Position numbers and translations under genes: made by a program. The notes beneath the pieces were generated by a model. The model worked only from the letters and a program-made list of their open reading frames with translations, was not told where the DNA came from and ran no database searches. A stretch of 64,000 nucleotides of DNA, taken from contig OZ024754.1 of NCBI GenBank assembly GCA_964016885.1, positions 2,108,001 through 2,172,000 of the forward strand, given 5' to 3'. Below, piece by piece: positions 57,856-64,000 of the stretch; position 1 is the stretch's first letter, and each line of letters starts with the position of its first letter. The DNA comes from Eledone cirrhosa. Taxonomy: Eukaryota.

Positions 57856-58392
57856 ATGTAAATGTGTACATTTAATATAAAAGCATTCTCCCTTCTATTA
57901 TAGTAGCTTTCCCTGATATCATGGATTAATTTATTAACTAAATAAAGAAATATTTAAAATACCCTTTCTCAGATATTTCTAATAATTGAAGCTAACAGTT
58001 TTAAGTAGATATTTATAAAAATGCTTCTCTTATTTTTTTCTTTATATATATATATATATATAAATTTCGAAATGTCATCAAGGTTTTATATTCTTTCACC
58101 AATAAAATATCAGGATTCAGAAAGAAATAACGTTATAAAAACAGTTATGTGTTTTCTTGTTTTATTTTTTCTCTCCGGTATTATGTTTTTCCTAATACAA
58201 ATTGAAACCGAAAAAATCTTCGACGTAAAGCCATTACAATGAAACAAAAAAAAAAATAACACAAAAACAAAACATTTTTATATGCCTTTCATTCTCTGAA
58301 ACAGCACATTGAAAATTAAATAGAGAAGAACATAGAGAGAAAAGGTGCGAGAAAGTGTGAGAAAAAATGATATGAAGTTAGATGATGTGAGA

Positions 58393-58469
<77 letters not shown>

Positions 58470-58499
58470 GTATATGTATATATATATATATTTATATGT

Positions 58500-58558
<59 letters not shown>

Positions 58559-58677
58559 GGTGTATGTATATGTATATATATATATATATGTATGAATGTG
58601 AGAGGGATAGAAAAATCGAGGTAAACGGACACAAGCAAACAGAGACAGACAAAATGAGGTGTAGAGAAAGGGAGAGT

Positions 58678-58741
<64 letters not shown>

Positions 58742-58749
58742 GATAGAGA

Positions 58750-58795
<46 letters not shown>

Positions 58796-58796
58796 G

Positions 58797-58827
<31 letters not shown>

Positions 58828-59459
58828 AAGGGAGGGAGTGAGAGAGAGAGAGAGAGATATACTAATATGCTATAAAACAAAAGAGAAAAAGTAAATATGT
58901 GAAAAATAGCTATACACCAAGCGTTGAATAGATTTGGAAATAAATCTGGTAAAATGCAACTAAGCAATCGTAGTGAGAGCTTTTAAATGTCTTTATGGAA
59001 TATGTTGAATGTTTTCACTATTTTTCTTATTGTTTGTTCCTTTCTTTTCTCTGCTTTCTTTTTTCTTCCCGTCGTTCTAGTTTTAATACAACTAAAAGGA
59101 TTTTTACTATATGAATGTATATATACATATATATATATTTATATATATCTATATATCTATATATCTATATCTCTCTCTCTCTATATATATCTATATCTAT
59201 ATATATATATATATATATATATATGAGTGTGTAGTCATTTAAGTATGTATGCAGGTATGTATGTGTGCATGTATGTATGCAGGCATGGATGTGTGTATGT
59301 TTGTATCTATATATATGTATGTATAATTTACAAAATGTAATAGTTTATCGGAAGTCAGAAAATTGCTCACCAGACAGACGGGAGTTGGTGATGGATACTG
59401 CTACTACTACTATTACTACTACTACTACTACGACTACTACTACTACTACTACTATTACT

Positions 59460-59508
<49 letters not shown>

Positions 59509-59533
59509 GGTGTATTAGTAGTGGTGGTCATAA

Positions 59534-59700
59534 TGGTTTCTGATTTAGGCACAAGGTCAACCATTTATGGAGAAAAGAATGTCGATTAACTGGAAACCAG
59601 TGCATTACTGGTATATCGATTTTATTGACCTCAGTAGGATGAACGACAAATCGACCTCGGTGGGATTGAAACCCAGGAAGTAACTAGCCGGATGAAATGC
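59534..59700 (-). mobile_element. Older SINE related to family A
   Basis: Diverged match. Confidence 0.7.
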
Positions 59701-59846
59701 TACAACAACCACTACAACCAAGACCATCACAATCACCACCATGTTTCCTGACACCCCTACCAATGACAACTCCAGCATCCTTATGTTGCACTGCCAATGA
59801 TTTTCAAGTATTCCCTTCAAACAAATTGTCAATGAATCTTATATCA

Positions 59847-60027
59847 TAATTGTTTCTACTTCAGGCACAAGGCCAGCAATTCACCAGTACATTACTGGTA
59901 CTTTATTTTATCGACCCCGTAAGGATGAAAGGCAAAGTTAACCTCGGCGGGATTTGAACTCAGACTGTAAAGGGACGTAACTATGCTAGAAAGCATGGTA
60001 TCTGACGCTCTACCGATTCTGCCAATC
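59847..60027 (-). mobile_element. SINE family A
   Basis: Consensus match. Confidence 0.9.
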
Positions 60028-60608
60028 TAATCATAATGAAAATTAAAATCATTCCCAATATCTCTCCTTCAATAGTTGTCCATTCCTTTAATTAATTATA
60101 AAAGAGAACTATAAAATGAAAGTATTTTAAAAAATAGTGAAGAAAATAATGAAGAAAAAGTGAAAGAAAATAGAAAATAGAAGGGATAAATAATAGAAAG
60201 GAGGGGAGGGAGTAGGATGCAAACTCCACACCCCCTAGCTAGGCAGTATATTGCAACTGCGCCGTGAGAGAAGATGGTGTAGGCATATGTGCGGAGAACA
60301 AACATTGCCTTGTTTATCTTTTTTTCTAAACTGAATTATGCTGAAAATTTAATTCATGAGGTGGGGATTTGAAATGAAAAAAATGTTTTAATTCTAGACA
60401 CTCAATTAATTTTATTCATTTCATTTCACCTTCAGCTAAATCAGAAATGAAGTTTAGTTGCTTTTAGAAATACTGTATTGATATGTGTTCAGTCTCTTTA
60501 ATTATGAGTTCGTACACCACCGAGCTCAACTTTAACTTTTACCAATCCCGAGATCGATAAAGTAAAGTACGATTTATGTACTTTTGTCTATATGACTCTG
60601 TACTCCAA

Positions 60609-60775
60609 ATGGCAGTATCGGTAGTGCGTCAGACACAATGCTTTGTAGCATAGTTTTATGGCCACCTACGTTCTGAGTTGAAATCCCCCGAGGTTATCTT
60701 TGCCTGTCACCCTTACGGGGGGTCAATAAAATTGCTGGCCTTGTGCCAAATCTAGAAATATTATTATTATTATTA
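60609..60775 (+). mobile_element. SINE family A
   Basis: Diverged consensus match. Confidence 0.82.
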
Positions 60776-61466
60776 TTTGTTTCTTGGATGTTCAGATGCC
60801 TAAAAATTTGTTAAGCAACTTTACAAAAAGAAATTATTTATCATTTTGGATTCATTTCAAAGAGGGTGATAATGTGTTTCAACATTCTACGTGAAGACTT
60901 TCTGTAAGTTCATTCCATTCTTAAACAATTGTCTTTCTCTCATCACGTTAAATCTATGTAAAGGTGTAGATTATCTCCAATGAAAATGATTGGCTGCAAC
61001 TGAACAACGGTGAACGTACGCAGAGCTAATCCAAACTAAACAATTTCATTTCAACAAACGAATATTCAATCTTCCACAAATTAATAATGATATTTTACGA
61101 AACAATAATATCAATACTGACAATACGTTTCAGAAACACAACAAATATATCCGCGTGTACACACGTGCTTATTAAAGGAAAATAATCCCCAAAAGCACCA
61201 AGGTCTTTGATTGTAAATTTCCTTCTGGGAAAATAAACTTCGTGAAAAGAAATGTGAAGGAAAAGTTAAATACATGACGGTATTATGTCAATGAAACAAA
61301 AAGCTTTTCTGATAGAATATCTTATTTAAGCTGGAGCGTGAAGGACGTTTGCATTTTTACGTTTCGGCCATTTTGAATATTGAATATTCAAAGAATCACT
61401 GTCACACATTTATAATTTAACTTCAGGATGTAGATGTTCTAGGAAATGTTATTATTATTGTTAACT

Positions 61467-61678
61467 GGTGGCAGTATCGGTAAAGGCTCGGACGCCATGT
61501 TTTGCAGCATAGAGTTACGGCCCTTTACGGTCTGAGTTCAAATCCTGCTGAGGTAAAATTTGCTTTTCATCTTTGCGGGGTCGATAAAATAAACGTACCA
61601 GTTCCGCACTGGAGTCAATTTAATCGACTTTCCCCTCCCCACAAATTACTGGTCTTGTGCCTAGAGTAGAAATTATTA
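61467..61678 (+). mobile_element. SINE family A (long-tail variant)
   Basis: Consensus match. Confidence 0.9.
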
Positions 61679-61683
61679 ATATA

Positions 61684-61875
61684 TGGTGACAGTATCGGTA
61701 GAGTGTCGTATACCATGCTTTGCAGCATAGAGTTACAGCCCATTATGGTCTGAGTTCAAATCGCGCTGAGGTTAACTTTGCATTTCATCTTTATAGAGTC
61801 GATAAAATAAAGTACCAGTAATGCACTGGGATAATTTCTGGCCTTGTGCCCAAAGTAGAAACTATTATTATTATT
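61684..61875 (+). mobile_element. SINE family A, tandem with the previous copy
   Basis: Consensus match. Confidence 0.9.
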
Positions 61876-62299
61876 ATATGGTGACACTGTTACATATATG
61901 ATACACTACATCCCATAACTAATGTCATGCTCCTACTTCAAACATAACCTTCACATTCTTGACCCTATATTTATATCTTCAAAGTTTATTCTCTCTTTAT
62001 CGATGTATCATAATATAAATAACAAATAGCATATTAACCTTAAGAACGCATATGACTCATTTACTCGGTGCAGTTTTCTCTGTATTTTATACAAACATCT
62101 CCACTTGTAGGAACTTGTGTTGTATTATAGTGTGAAGAGAAGGGGATGTTACACCGAAATATGATAGGATTTGAACACAGAAGTAAAGAATGTTTTATTC
62201 ACAAGAGAACAGATTTTCAAAACATAATAATTCGATATAGATATCCTCCATAGACTCTCATTCACACAGTCACACACACAAGTAGAGACTACAACTCCC

Positions 62300-62365
<66 letters not shown>

Positions 62366-62366
62366 G

Positions 62367-62422
<56 letters not shown>

Positions 62423-62444
62423 TATTTATATATATATATGTGTG

Positions 62445-62488
<44 letters not shown>

Positions 62489-62498
62489 TATGCATACG

Positions 62499-62544
62499 CA
62501 TCATCATCACCATCTTCGTTTAACGTCCATCTTCCACGCTAGCA

Positions 62545-62548
<4 letters not shown>
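62499..62548 (-). mobile_element. RTE-type 3' tail fragment
   Basis: Reverse complement CATGCTAGCGTGGAAGATGGACGTTAAACGAAGATGGTGATGATGATG, similar to 3480-3520. Confidence 0.55.
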
Positions 62549-62581
<33 letters not shown>

Positions 62582-62638
62582 CATATATATTTGCACGCAC
62601 TCACGTAAATATATATAGGTGTGTGTGTGTGTGTGTGT

Positions 62639-62753
<115 letters not shown>

Positions 62754-63629
62754 CCTGTGAGTAGGACACATATATATGTATATATTGTAACAAAGATGGA
62801 GAATAATGAAACTCCAATGTTAAATACAGTTAATTAGAGTCGCCATATCTTTTGAGTGAACCAATCAGGTAAGTATTCTACTGATGAAATGGATATCATT
62901 AATTTAGTAAGGATCTGCCATGGCGACATTTCCACTAGTTCAGCTATTGACCTTTATCTTAATCTAACATATTCACTCCATATGTCAAATCAACTAACAC
63001 TCTAGAAACTTACAATGAGCGCACGAAATCAAATGTAAAGGGAGGTAAGAGACAACAAAATAACTTCCCAGTCTAAACATTTTACACAAATAATATTATT
63101 GCTAAGTTAAACAGCAACTAAATTAACAGCGACCCGATTTTACAAACAGTTGTGATCTATGGTGAAATTGAGTGGAATGTAATTTGTTGTTTATATTTTT
63201 GCCTGGTTTTCTTGTTGTTTCTGTTTTGTTTTTCTGGTATTTACTCTTTCTAATAAATTGAAATCAAAGTGAAGGTTTTTATGTATTTATTCTTTGAAAA
63301 TAGTGGCATTTCCATTCAGCTATATCACATAAAACTTCACTTTCTGCTATTTTAGCTGGAATTTATCTACTGCCATAAATCTTCTTTTTCTCAGGAAGAT
63401 TTCCATGTGGAGTAATTGGTAAAATTTAGAGTATGGAATTCACGCCAAGCATTTAATGTTTCTTTCCTTTTTCAAAACATTATTTTGTTTGAATGAATTA
63501 ACACTTGAAAGATTCAAAGTGATATTACGATACGGAGTTTTACCGTATGGGTGAAATTTACTGGAAGTTTACTCATAAACCACTAACGGCGATTAAGATA
63601 AACCAGAGTTTTCTTAAATATGAGATTAT

Positions 63630-63703
<74 letters not shown>

Positions 63704-64000
63704 GGAATTTTCTCTGAAGAGAACACGCAGGGCAGTTATTATACCACTGCCTTGCTCACCGTACTCTCTATATAAGTTTAGCAATCTTGTAACATTGTAC
63801 ATTCGTTTATATTCATATTAAATACACAGACATCTGTAGATTACAATTCTTCGGGTGTTTAGTGTTATTCTCACCTCTTTTTAAAATATCAATAACTTAC
63901 ATATCATGACTGTCCAAAACTTATCACCTGAATTGATGTTCGTACACAGGCACACATATACATACACATACACACAAACACTCATAAATACACATATGCA

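Noticed and set aside
63708-63765. CTGAAGA followed by a GCAGGGCAGT/ACTGCCTTGC hairpin
   Set aside because: Lacks GAAA and NUH; not a callable hammerhead.

Overview
Very AT-rich, microsatellite-saturated eukaryotic DNA, intergenic or intronic. The (TA)n/(CA)n/(GA)n density and the SINE/RTE repertoire resemble octopod cephalopod genomes (inference). No intact protein-coding gene can be supported; nearly all supplied ORFs are translations of simple repeats. Recognisable content: two tRNA-derived SINE families (about 20 copies), several 5'-truncated RTE and Tx1-like LINE ends, one MITE and three minisatellites. The main signal is at least six long palindromes of unrelated sequence (130-627 bp), each docked in (TA)n and folded back in or next to a type-I hammerhead ribozyme motif (CUGANGA or the U3-A8 variant UUGANAA ... 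GAAA-palindromic stem III-NUH). There are also several stand-alone hammerheads, an 8-copy family carrying the 3' half of a hammerhead, a shared subterminal TTGAGTAC-like motif and decayed GIY-YIG endonuclease remnants. Together these point to a diverse population of TA-targeting Penelope-like retroelements or retrozyme-like derivatives that leave ribozyme-centred fold-back insertions. All alignments and folds were done by eye; coordinates may be off by a few bases.
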